Origin: Tubulanus polymorphus
Taxonomy: Eukaryota; Animalia; Nemertea
Direction: 5' to 3'
Length of the DNA: 64,000 nt
Assembly (NCBI RefSeq): GCF_964204645.1
Contig: NC_134025.1
Span: 2,046,001-2,110,000, forward strand
Shown piece after piece: positions 25,938 through 38,200 of the stretch (the stretch's first letter is position 1; each line of letters begins with the position of its first letter). The translations under genes and the position numbers were made by a program. The notes beneath the pieces are model-generated. The model did no database searches, had not been told where the DNA came from, and saw only the letters and a program-made list of their open reading frames with translations.

Positions 25938-26212
25938 GTGACTCAGCCACCAGTAACACCAGGTGTCACCCAACCAACAGAAACACCAGGAGTCACTCAA
26001 CCACCAGTCACACCAGGGGTCACCCAACCTCCAGTAACACCAGGAGTCACTCAACCACCAGTAACACCAGGAGTCACTCAACCAACAGTAACACCAGCAG
26101 TCACTCAACCACCAGTAACTAACACCAGCAGTCACTCAACCACCAGTTACACCAAGTCATTCAACCCCCCTCCCCAGTTGCAGCAGGAGTCACTCAACTC
26201 ACTCAACCACAA
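25938..26212 (+). repeat. Short degenerate TQPPVTPGV array with a 4-nt insertion
   Basis: ...ccagtaactaacacca... near 26115-26124 shifts the frame. Confidence 0.85.
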
Positions 26213-26271
26213 GTAAAATCAGTTATCACATGTTGGTAAATAGTTAACGGGGATAACATTACATATTTCAG

Positions 26272-26654
26272 GTACATCTTCGGTGCTGACTACTACTGGA
26301 CCTGCGCTGCCAACTACTACTGTAATTGTGCCGTCGACTACAGCAGAAATACAATGTGAACATCCTCAAAAACTGATTTATAATACGAGCCCACAGTGGA
26401 AAATCACGTCATCGAGTGACAAGGAAAACACGATCAGTTCCCTTAGTGGTGGCCAGGGTTACTTACAATTTACGAAAAAGGATTGGAAGAAAAATTCAAA
26501 AAACAAAAATGCCTTTATAAAATATGAAATAGTTTCTGCAAAATATCCAAAATTAGTGACCATCTTGGCAATTGAATTCGGGACACTGTTCGCTCAGACG
26601 TTTCATATAGAAATATCGAACGATGGAAAGAAATGGGAAAGAAAAACAACAGTG
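26272..26654 (+). CDS. Cassette 4 exon A (F5/8C-like N-half)
   Basis: Copy of 17449-17831. Confidence 0.8.
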
Positions 26655-26732
26655 GTAAGTACAATGTTGATTACCTATAGAACCCTCCATATTTTACGAG
26701 CTCAGCGTTGATCTTTTCCAATTGATATATAG

Positions 26733-26930
26733 ATCATACCACCGGAGGAATTCAATACAGCTCACGCAGTAGGCGTGCGCTTTAGAGGACTCGGCGTTGA
26801 AGCAAGATTCATCAAGATTAAAGCCGAGGGTGACTCGAAGAAAACTCCACCTGTCATAACCATGTCGAGTGTACTCGGTTGCTACGAGCCGAAAGAGGAT
26901 GTTAAAGAAAACACATCCCCGACAGAGATG
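26733..26930 (+). CDS. Cassette 4 exon B (F5/8C-like C-half)
   Basis: Copy of 17910-18107. Confidence 0.8.
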
Positions 26931-27020
26931 GTAAATCTAAATATGAAATCCGCATAATGCTTGTTTGGCACATCGTTCGATGATGGCATTATACGAATAC
27001 TCTTTCAATCCTTTCTGTAG

Positions 27021-27132
27021 CCGACATGCAATCCGGAACAAATGACATGTACAGACGGGACCAGCTGCGGATATTTATGCAACGGCGACATTGAATGCGC
27101 AGATGGAACCGATGAAGAAAACTGTACTACGC
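27021..27132 (+). CDS. Cassette 4 exon C (LDLa)
   Basis: Copy of 18198-18309. Confidence 0.85.
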
Positions 27133-27245
27133 GTAAGTCTTGAAACTCAAACGGTTTTCTCAGAATTTATCAAAATAAAACTCAAAACTAAACTTACTAA
27201 CAGAGTTTAACTGTTTTTTTTTCTCGTTAATTCCACGCACTACAG

Positions 27246-27374
27246 CAATACCAACGTGTTCCGATGACGAGTTTACTTGTAAAAGTGGAAAATGTTTATC
27301 TAAAAACATAACTTGTGATAACTATTGCGATTGCTTCGAATGTGAAGACGAGGATGTACCGATAAACTGCACCG
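27246..27374 (+). CDS. Cassette 4 exon D (8-Cys LDLa)
   Basis: Copy of 18422-18550. Confidence 0.85.
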
Positions 27375-27481
27375 GTAAGACTTACCTTTTCATTCAGTAT
27401 TATGGAAAATCAATTACATGTCATATTTCGACATCGCCTATTACCTCAGAGATACATTTTGAATCTATAATATATTTTTAG

Positions 27482-27616
27482 AACCGTGTAATAACAAAAC
27501 CGAAACACCAATTCGTAATTGCGTAGTCGGTGGAGCATTTTCATTTAAATGCTTGCCAAAAGAGAAAATCTGTGATGGCATCAATGATTGTCAGAATGGC
27601 ATCGATGAGAAAAATT
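27482..27616 (+). CDS. Cassette 4 exon E (LDLa)
   Basis: Copy of 18659-18793. Confidence 0.85.
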
Positions 27617-27962
27617 GTAAGTAAACGATGTGATGACTTGTGTGTTATTATCAACCTTAACCTCGATATCATGTCGACAAATTTTCGATGCACGTTTCTT
27701 CATTTAGAATCAAGTAATTTTAATTTGTATCAGATATAAATAACCATTGGCCGATAAGAACGGAAACGTAGCCTACTTTTTAACATCTCAACAATAAATC
27801 CATTTGGAATTTTCTGAACAACATACTTAGAACATAAACTCTTTTCATTCAATCGACCAACGAAATACGATGAGAAATATCGGGCAATGTAATGAATATA
27901 AAAAAGCAAGGAAAACTCATAAACATGTATTTTGAATTTTGTTTGCACTTTTTTCATTGCAG

Positions 27963-27983
27963 GTGAAAGTACGACAACAAATG
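27963..27983 (+). CDS. Cassette 4 exon F (21-nt microexon)
   Basis: Copy of 19140-19160. Confidence 0.75.
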
Positions 27984-28113
27984 GTAAATACGTACCGAAC
28001 ATTTTTTCCCTATATTTGTTTGTCTATTTCAAATTTCGTGCCGTATACATTAGTCAATTCTTTATATATTGCAAGGTCAGTTCATTCATTAATATCACGT
28101 TCACATTTCACAG

Positions 28114-28190
28114 CACCGTGCCAACAGATTAACGGGATGGAAGACCCTGCAACAATATCAATCGACGATATCACCATCTTTCCACCTCCC
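28114..28190 (+). pseudogene. Truncated duplicate (pseudo-exon) of exon G
   Basis: Intact acceptor tttcacag| then APCQQINGMEDPATISIDDITIFPPP; homology ends, in-frame TGA at 28218-28220. Confidence 0.7.
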
Positions 28191-28562
28191 TCGATTGGAC
28201 ATGTATACGTTTGTTTTTGAACAGTTGTTTGCACAGTTTTGTACAGTTCTTGTAATGAAATAAAATGAAGAATACTAAGCACATGTGTTTGTCTTTGTCC
28301 GTACCGTATGTATATGTGTTTTTTCGTATGTTTCTACGTACGGTATTTTTTAAATGTTATATTTTTGCTTATTTGTACATGACATTACTATTTATGACTT
28401 TTTAAACTCATAAATCTAAACCGGTTACTATTCAAGAAATCATCCTTTTTCTAAAGCGGGTTATATTTTGAGAGTCAGCATATTTACATTCCATTTCTAT
28501 CGCGTTATAGTAAGGTTCGTTTATTTGCAAATCTTTTAATATAAATTCTATCATTTTCACAG

Positions 28563-28849
28563 CACCGTGCCAACAGATCAACGGTATGGAAGACCCTGCA
28601 ATAATATCAATCGACGATATTGTCATTTCCCCACCTTCCGCAAATCCAAAAGACAAAGATGGTTTGCGACCGGGAAATGGGAAATTGTATTACACCGAAG
28701 AAAACGAAGTCACCATCATAATTACGTTAGACGAAGAGACTCCCATAGAACTGGGTGAAATATCTTTACCGCCAACGGTCATTAATATAACGAATTTCAA
28801 GGTTTATATCCAGGAACAACAAGGAGAATCGTATAAACCCATTCAACCA
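28563..28849 (+). CDS. Cassette 4 exon G (divergent F5/8C-like N-half)
   Basis: tttcacag|CA...CCA|gtaagt; full-length, several substitutions relative to cassettes 1-3. Confidence 0.8.
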
Positions 28850-28939
28850 GTAAGTTACAAACAAATATTCATCTAAATCAGAATTTAGTACCTTACAATG
28901 TAAAATTTACTTCATGTATGTATTTGATTTGATTTTAAG

Positions 28940-29126
28940 GCTGATGTTGAAGTACCATCAACAGTAGATCCAACTACAAACGCAATAAGTCCGGATGCAC
29001 CGATTAATTTTAATCGACCGATTACAGCTACTAAAGTGAAGATAATAATAACAAAAGAATTAACAAATCAAGCTGGAAAGTCCCAGATGGGAATTGAAAT
29101 CAATCTAAAAGCTTGTTTTGAAAAAG
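28940..29126 (+). CDS. Cassette 4 exon H (divergent F5/8C-like C-half)
   Basis: tttaag|GCT...G|gtttgt. Confidence 0.8.
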
Positions 29127-29207
29127 GTTTGTAGAAATTGATAAAGATATTGTGGAATCTCGATAAATTTACATATTGATATATATTAACTCGTTAAATA
29201 TTTACAG

Positions 29208-32200
29208 TATCAACTATATCGACGTCATCAACACAGCAAACAACATCAACCGTAGCAACAACAACAGGTACTACAGCAATAACTAAACCACCTGTTACAC
29301 CAAGTATCACTAAACCACCAGTTACACCAGGAGTCACTCAACCACCAGTAACACCAGGAGTCACTCAACCACCAGTTACACCAGGAGTCACTCAACCACC
29401 AGTTACACCAGGAGTCACTCAACCACCAGTCACACCAGGGGTCACTCAACCACCAGTCACACCAGGTGTCACTCAACCACCAGTCACACCAGGGGTCACT
29501 CAACCACCAGTAACACCAGGTGTCACTCAACCACCAGTCACACCAGGAGTCACTCAACCACCAGTTACACCAAGTATCACTAAACCACCAGTTACACCAG
29601 GAGTCACTCAACCACCAGTAACACCAGGAGTCACTCAACCACCAGTTACACCAGGAGTCACTCAACCACCAGTTACACCAGGAGTCACTCAACCACCAGT
29701 CACACCAGGGGTCACTCAACCACCAGTCACACCAGGTGTCACTCAACCACCAGTCACACCAGGGGTCACTCAACCACCAGTAACACCAGGTGTCACTCAA
29801 CCACCAGTCACACCAGGAGTCACTCAACCACCAGTAACACCAGGAGTCACTCAACCACCAGTAACACCAGGAGTCACTCAACCACCAGTCACACCAGGGG
29901 TCACTCAACCACCAGTAACACCAGGTGTCACTCAACCACCAGTCACACCAGGAGTCACTCAACCACCAGTCACACCAGGAGTCACTCAACCACCAGTCAC
30001 ACCAGGAGTCACACAACCACCAGTAACACCAGGAGTCACTCAACCACCAGTAACACCAGGTGTCACTCAACCACCAGTAACACCAGGAGTCACCCAACCA
30101 CCAGTAACACCAGGGGTCACCAAACCACCAGTGACACCAGGAGTCACTCAACCACCTGTTACACCTGGAGTCACTCAACCACCAGTTACACCAGGAGTCA
30201 CTCAACCACCAGTTACACCTGGAGTCACTCAACCACCAGTTACACCTGGAGTCACTCAACCACCAGTTACACCAGGAGTCACTCAACCACCAGTTACACC
30301 TGGAGTCACTCAACCACCAGTTACACCAGGAGTCACTCAACCACCAGTAACACCAGGTCTTACTCAACCACCAGTTACACCAGGAGTCACTCAACCACCA
30401 GTAACACCAGGCGTCACCCAACCACCTGTAACACCAGGAGTCACTCAACCACCAGTAACACCAGGAGTCACAAAACCACCAGTAACACCAGGAGTCACTC
30501 AACCACCAGTTACACCAGGAGTCACTCAACCACCAGTTACACCTGGAGTCACTCAACCACCAGTTACACCAGGAGTCAGACAACCACCAGTAACACCAGG
30601 TCTTACTCAACCACCAGTTACACCAGGCGTCACCCAACCATCTGTAACACCAGGAGTCACTCAACCACCTGTAACACCAGGAGTCACTCAACCACCAGTT
30701 ACACCTGGAGTCACTAAACCACCAGTAACACCAGGAGTCACTCAACCACCAGTAACACCAGGCGTTACTCAACCACCAGTAACACCAGGAGTCACTCAAC
30801 CACCAGTAACACCAGGAGTCACTCAACCACCAGTTACACCTGGAGTCACTCAACCACCAGTTACACCAGGAGTCACTCAACCACCAGTAACACCGGGTCT
30901 TACTCAACCACCAGTTACACCAGGAGTCACTCAACCACCAGTAACACCAGGCGTCACCCAACCACCTGTAACACCAGGAGTCACTCAACCACCAGTAACA
31001 CCAGGAGTCACAAAACCACCAGTAACACCAGGAGTCACTCAACCACCAGTTACACCAGGAGTCACTCAACCACCAGTTACACCTGGAGTCACTCAACCAC
31101 CAGTTACACCAGGAGTCACTCAACCACCAGTAACACCAGGTCTTACTCAACCACCAGTTACACCAGGCGTCACCCAACCACCTGTAACACCAGGAGTCAC
31201 TCAACCACCTGTAACACCAGGAGTCACTCAACCACCAGTTACACCTGGAGTCACGAAACCACCAGTAACACCAGGAGTCACTCAACCACCAGTTACACCA
31301 GGAGTCACTCAACCACCAGTAACACCAGGTCTTACTCAACCACCAGTTACACCAGGCGTCACCCAACCACCTGTAACACCAGGAGTCACTCAACCACCTG
31401 TAACACCAGGAGTCACTCAACCACCAGTTACACCTGGAGTCACTAAACCACCAGTAACACCAGGAGTCACTCAACCACCAGTAACACCAGGCGTTACTCA
31501 ACCACCAGTAACACCAGGAGTCACACAACCACCAGTAACACCAGGCGTCACTAAACCACCAGTAACACCAGGCGTCACTAAACCACCAGTAACACCAGGA
31601 GTCACTCAACCACCAGTAACACCAGGTGTCACTCAACCACCAGTTACACCAGGAGTCACTCAACCACCTGTAACACCAGGAGTCACCAAACCACCAGTTA
31701 CACCTGGTGTTACCCAACCACCAGTTACACCGGGTGTCACTCAACCACCAGTAACACCAGGAGTCACTCAACCACCAGTCACACCAGGAGTCACTCAACC
31801 ACCAGTCACACCAGGAGTCACACAACCACCAGTAACACCAGGAGTCACTCAACCACCAGTAACACCGGGAGTCACTCAACCACCAGTCACACCAGGAGTC
31901 ACTCAACCACCAGTTACACCAGGAGTCACTCAACCACCAGTAACACCAGGAGTCACCCAACCACCAGTTACACCAGGGGTCACCCAACCACCAGTAACAC
32001 CAGGGGTCACTCAACCACCAGTTACACCAGGCGTCACTCAACCACCAGTTACACCAGGGGTCACCCAACCACCAGTAACACCAGGGGTCACTCAACCACC
32101 AGTTACACCAGGCGTCACTCAACCACCAGTTACACCAGGAGTCACTCAACCACCAGTAACACCAGGAGTCACCCAACCACCAGTTACACCAGGGGTCACC

Positions 32201-35200
32201 CAACCACCAGTAACACCAGGGGTCACTCAACCACCAGTTACACCAGGCGTCACTCAACCACCAGTTACACCAGGCGTCACTCAACCACCAGTTACACCTG
32301 GAGTCACTCAACCACCAGTAACACCTGGAGTCACTCAACCACCAGTTACACCAGGAGTCACTCAACCACCAGTAACACCAGGTCTTACTCAACCACCAGT
32401 CACACCAGGAGTCACTCAACCACCATTAACACCAGGTGTCACTCAACCACCAGTCACACCAGGAGTCACTCAACCACCAGTAACACCAGGTGTCACCCAA
32501 CCACCCGTTACACCAGGCGTCACTCAACCACCAGTTACACCTGGAGTCACTCAACCACCAGTTACACCTGGAGTCACTCAACCACCAGTAACACCAGGAG
32601 TCACTCAACCACCAGTAACACCAGGTCTTACTCAACCACCAGTCACACCAGGAGTCACTCAACCACCATTAACACCAGGTGTCACTCAACCACCAGTTAC
32701 ACCAGGAGTCACTCAACCACCAGTAACACCAGGTCTTACTCAACCACCAGTTACACCAGGAGTCACTCAACCACCAGTAACACACGGAGTCACAAAACCT
32801 CCAGTTACTCCAGGAATCACTCAACCACCAGTTACACCAGCAGTCACTCAACCACCAGTAACGCCAGGTCTTACTCAACCACCAGTTACACCAGGCGTCA
32901 CCCAACCACCTGTAACACCAGGAGTCACTCAACCACCAGTTACACCAGGAGTCACTAAACCACCACTAACACCAGGAGTCACTCAACCACCAGTAACACC
33001 AGGTCTTACTCAACCACCAGTTACACCAGGCGTCACCCAACCACCTATAACACCAGGAGTCACTCAACCACCTGTAACACCAGGAGTCACTCAACCACCA
33101 GTAACACCAGGAGTTACTCAACCACCAGTTACACCTGGAGTCACTCAACCACCAGTTACACCAGGAGTCACTCAACCACCAGTAACACCAGGAGTCACTC
33201 AACCACCAGTTACACCAGGAGTCACTCAACCACCAGTAACACCAGGTCTTACTCAACCACCAGTTACACCAGGAGTCACTCAACCACCAGTAACACCAGG
33301 TGTCACTCAACCACCAGTAACACCAGGTCTTACTCAACCACCAGTTACACCAGGAGTCACTCAACCACCAGTAACACCCGGAGTCACAAAACCTCCAGTT
33401 ACTCCAGGAGTCACTCAACCACCAGTAACACCAGCAGTCACTCAACCACCAGTAACTCCAGGAGTTACTCCACCACCACTTACACCAGGTGTCACCCAAC
33501 CACCCGTTACACCAGGAGTCACTCAACCACCAGTAACACCAGGTGTCACTAAACCACCAATAACACCAGGAGTCACTCAACCACCAGTAACACCAGGTGT
33601 CACCCAACCACCCGTTACACCAGGAGTCACCCAACCACCAGTATCACCTGGTGTCACTCAACCACCAGTTACACCAGGAGTCACTCAACCACCAGTTACA
33701 CCAGGAGTCACTCAACCACCCGTTACACCAGGAGTCACTCAACCACCAGTAACACCGGGTGTCACTCAACCACCAGTTACACCAGGAGTCACTCAACCAC
33801 CAGTAACACCAGGTGTCACTAAACCACCAGTTACACCAGGAATCACTCAACCACCAGTAACACCAGGAGTCACTCAACCACCAGTAACACCAGGCGTCAC
33901 CCAACCACCTGTAACACCAGGAGTCACTCAACCACCAGTTACACCAGGAGTCACTCAACCACCAGTAACACCAGGTCTTACTCAACCACCAGTTACACCA
34001 GGAGTCACTAAACCACCAGTAACACCAGGAGTCACTCAACCACCAGTAACACCAGGCGTCACCCAACCACCTGTAACACCAGGAGTCACTCAACCACCAG
34101 TTACACCAGGAGTCACTCAACCACCAGTAACACCAGGTCTTACTCAACCACCAGTTACACCAGGAGTCACTCAACCACCAGTAACACCAGGTGTCACTCA
34201 ACCACCAGTAACACCAGGTCTTACTCAACCACCAGTTACACCAGGAGTCACTCAACCACCAGTAACACCAGGTGTCACTCAACCACCAGTAACACCAGGT
34301 CTTACTCAACCACCAGTTACACCAGGAGTCACTCAACCACCAGTAACACCAGGAGTCACTCAACCACCAGTAACACCAGGAGTCACTCAACCACCTGTAA
34401 CACCAGGAGTCACTCAACCACCAATTACACCAGGAGTCACTCAACCACCAGTTACTCCTGGCATTACCCAACCACCAGTAACACCAGGGGTCACTCAACC
34501 ACCAGTCACACCAGGTGTCACTCAACCACCAGTTACACCAGGAGTCACCAAACCACCAGTAACACCAGGAGTCACCCAGCCACCTGTAACACCAGGCGTC
34601 ACCCAACCACCTGTAACACCAGGAGTCACTCAACCACCAGTTACACCAGGAGTCACTCAACCACCAGTAACACCTGGCGTTACCCAACCACCAGTAACAC
34701 CAGGGGTCACTCAACCACCAGTCACACCAGGTGTCACTCAACCACCAGTTACACCAGGAGTCACTAAACCACCAGTAACACCAGGAGTCACTCAACCACC
34801 AGTAACACCAGGCGTCACCCAACCACCTGTAACACCAGGAGTCACTCAACCACCAGTTACACCAGGAGTCACTCAACCACCAGTTACACCAGGTCTTACT
34901 CAACCACCAGTTACACCAGGAGTCACTCAACCACCAGTAACACCAGGTGTCACTCAACCACCAGTAACACCAGGTCTTACTCAACCACCAGTTACACCAG
35001 GAGTCACTCAACCACCAGTAACACCAGGTGTCACTCAACCACCAGTAACACCAGGTCTTACTCAACCACCAGTTACACCAGGAGTCACTCAACCACCAGT
35101 AACACCAGGGGTCACTCAACCACCAGTAACACCAGGAGTCACTCAACCACCTGTAACACCAGGAGTCACTCAACCACCAATTACACCAGGAGTCACTCAA

Positions 35201-38200
35201 CCACCAGTTACTCCTGGCATTACCCAACCACCAGTAACACCAGGGGTCACTCAACCACCAGTCACACCAGGTGTCACTCAACCACCAGTTACACCAGGAG
35301 TGACCAAACCACCAGTAACACCAGGAGTCACCCAACCACCTGTAACACCAGGCGTCACCCAACCACCTGTAACACCAGGAGTCACTCAACCACCAGTTAC
35401 ACCAGGAGTCACTCAACCACCAGTAACACCTGGCGTTACCCAACCACCAGTAACACCAGGGGTCACTCAACCACCAGTCACACCAGGTGTCACTCAACCA
35501 CCAGTTACACCAGGAGTCACCAAACCACCAGTAACACCAGGAGTCACCCAACCACCTGTAACACCAGGAGTCACTCAACCACCAGTAACACCAGGCGTTA
35601 CTCAACCACCAGTAACACCAGGAGTCACTCAACCACCAGTAACACCAGGTGTCACTCAACCGCCAGTTACACCAGGAGTCACTCAACCACCAGTAACACC
35701 AGGGGTCACTCAACCACCAGTCACACCAGGTGTCACTCAACCACCAGTAACACCAGGCGTTACTCAACCACCAGTTACACCAGGTGTCACTCAACCACCA
35801 GTAACACCAGGAGTCACCCAGCCACCTGTAACACCAGGTGTCACTAAACCACCAGTAACACCAGGAGTCACTCAACCACCTGTAACACCAGGAGTCACTC
35901 AACCACCAGTCACACCTGGCGTTACCCAACCACCAGTAACACCAGGGGTCACTAAACCACCAGTAACACCAGGAGTTACTCAACCACCAGTTACACCAGG
36001 AGTCACCAAACAACCAGTAACACCAGGAGTCACTCAACCACCAGTAACACCAGGCGTTACTCAACCACCAGTAACACCAGGAGTCACTCAACCACCAGTA
36101 ACACCAGGTGTCACTCAACCACCAGTTACACCAGGAGTCACTCAACCACCAGTAACACCAGGCGTCACCCAACCACCTGTAACACCAGGAGTCACTCAAC
36201 CACCAGTAACACCAGGCGTTACTCAACCACCAGTAACACCAGGAGTCACTCAACCACCAGTAACACCAGGTGTCACTCAACCGCCAGTTACACCAGGAGT
36301 CACTCAACCACCAGTAACACCAGGGGTCACTCAACCACCAGTCACACCAGGTGTCACTCAACCACCAGTAACACCAGGCGTTACTCAACCACCAGTTACA
36401 CCAGGTGTCACTCAACCACCGGTAACACCAGGAGTCACCCAACCACCTGTAACACCAGGTGTCACTAAACCACCAGTAACACCAGGAGTCACTCAACCAC
36501 CTGTAACACCAGGGGTCACTCAACCACCAGTCACACCTGGCGTTACCCAACCACCAGTAACACCAGGGGTCACTAAACCACCAGTCACACCAGGTGTCAC
36601 TCAACCACCAGTTACACCAGGAGTCACTCAACCACCAGTAACACCAGGAGTCACTCAACCACCAGTAACACCAGGCGTTACTCAACCACCAGTAACACCA
36701 GGAGTCACTCAACCACCAGTAACACCAGGTGTCACTCAACCACCAGTTACACCAGGAGTCACTCAACCACCAGTAACACCAGGCGTCACCCAACCACCTG
36801 TAACACCAGGAGTCACTCATCCACCAGTTACACCAGGAGTCACTCAACCACCAGTAACACCAGGTCTTACTCAACCACCAGTTACACCAGGAGTCACTAA
36901 ACCACCAGTAACACCAGGAGTCACTCAACCACCAGTAACACCAGGCGTCACCCAACCACCTGTAACACCAGGAGTCACTCAACCACCAGTTACACCAGGA
37001 GTCACTCAACCACCAGTTACACCAGGTCTTACTCAACCACCAGTTACACCAGGAGTCACTCAACCACCAGTAACACCAGGTGTCACTCAACCACCAGTAA
37101 CACCAGGTCTTACTCAACCACCAGTTACACCAGGAGTCACTCAACCACCAGTAACACCAGGAGTCACTCAACCACCAGTAACACCAGGAGTCACTCAACC
37201 ACCTGTAACACCAGGAGTCACTCAACCACCAATTACACCAGGAGTCACTCAACCACCAGTAACACCAGGAGTCACCAAACCACCAGTAACACCAGGAGTC
37301 ACCCAACCACCTGTAACACCAGGCGTCACCCAACCACCTGTAACACCAGGAGTCACTCAACCACCAGTTACACCAGGAGTCACTCAACCACCAGTTACAC
37401 CAGGAGTCACCAAACCACCAGTAACACCAGGAGTCACCCAACCACCTGTAACACCAGGCGTCACCCAACCACCTGTAACACCAGGAGTCACTCAACCACC
37501 AGTTACACCAGGAGTCACTCAACCACCAGTAACACCTGGCGTTACCCAACCACCAGTAACACCAGGGGTCACTCAACCACCAGTCACACCAGGTGTCACT
37601 CAACCACCAGTTACACCAGGAGTCACTAAACCACCAGTAACACCAGGAGTCACTCAACCACCAGTAACACCAGGCGTCACCCAACCACCTGTAACACCAG
37701 GAATCACTCAACCACCAGTTACACCAGGAGTCACTCAACCACCAGTTACACCAGGTCTTACTCAACCACCAGTTACACCAGGAGTCACTCAACCACCAGT
37801 AACACCAGGTGTCACTCAACCACCAGTAACACCAGGTCTTACTCAACCACCAGTTACACCAGGAGTCACTCAACCACCAGTAACACCAGGTGTCACTCAA
37901 CCACCAGTAACACCAGGTCTTACTCAACCACCAGTTACACCAGGAGTCACTCAACCACCAGTAACACCAGGAGTCACTCAACCACCAGTAACACCAGGAG
38001 TCACTCAACCACCTGTAACACCAGGAGTCACTCAACCACCAATTACACCAGGAGTCACTCAACCACCAGTTACTCCTGGCATTACCCAACCACCAGTAAC
38101 ACCAGGGGTCACTCAACCACCAGTCACACCAGGTGTCACTCAACCACCAGTTACACCAGGAGTCACCAAACCACCAGTAACACCAGGAGTCACCCAACCA

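Larger units (their letters stand above)
17435..29130 (+). repeat. Tandem quadruplication of a ~2.9 kb multi-exon cassette (periods 2921, 2976, 2926 bp)
   Basis: Identical 142-aa ORFs at 17460, 20381, 23357, 26283; introns nearly identical too. Confidence 0.95.
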
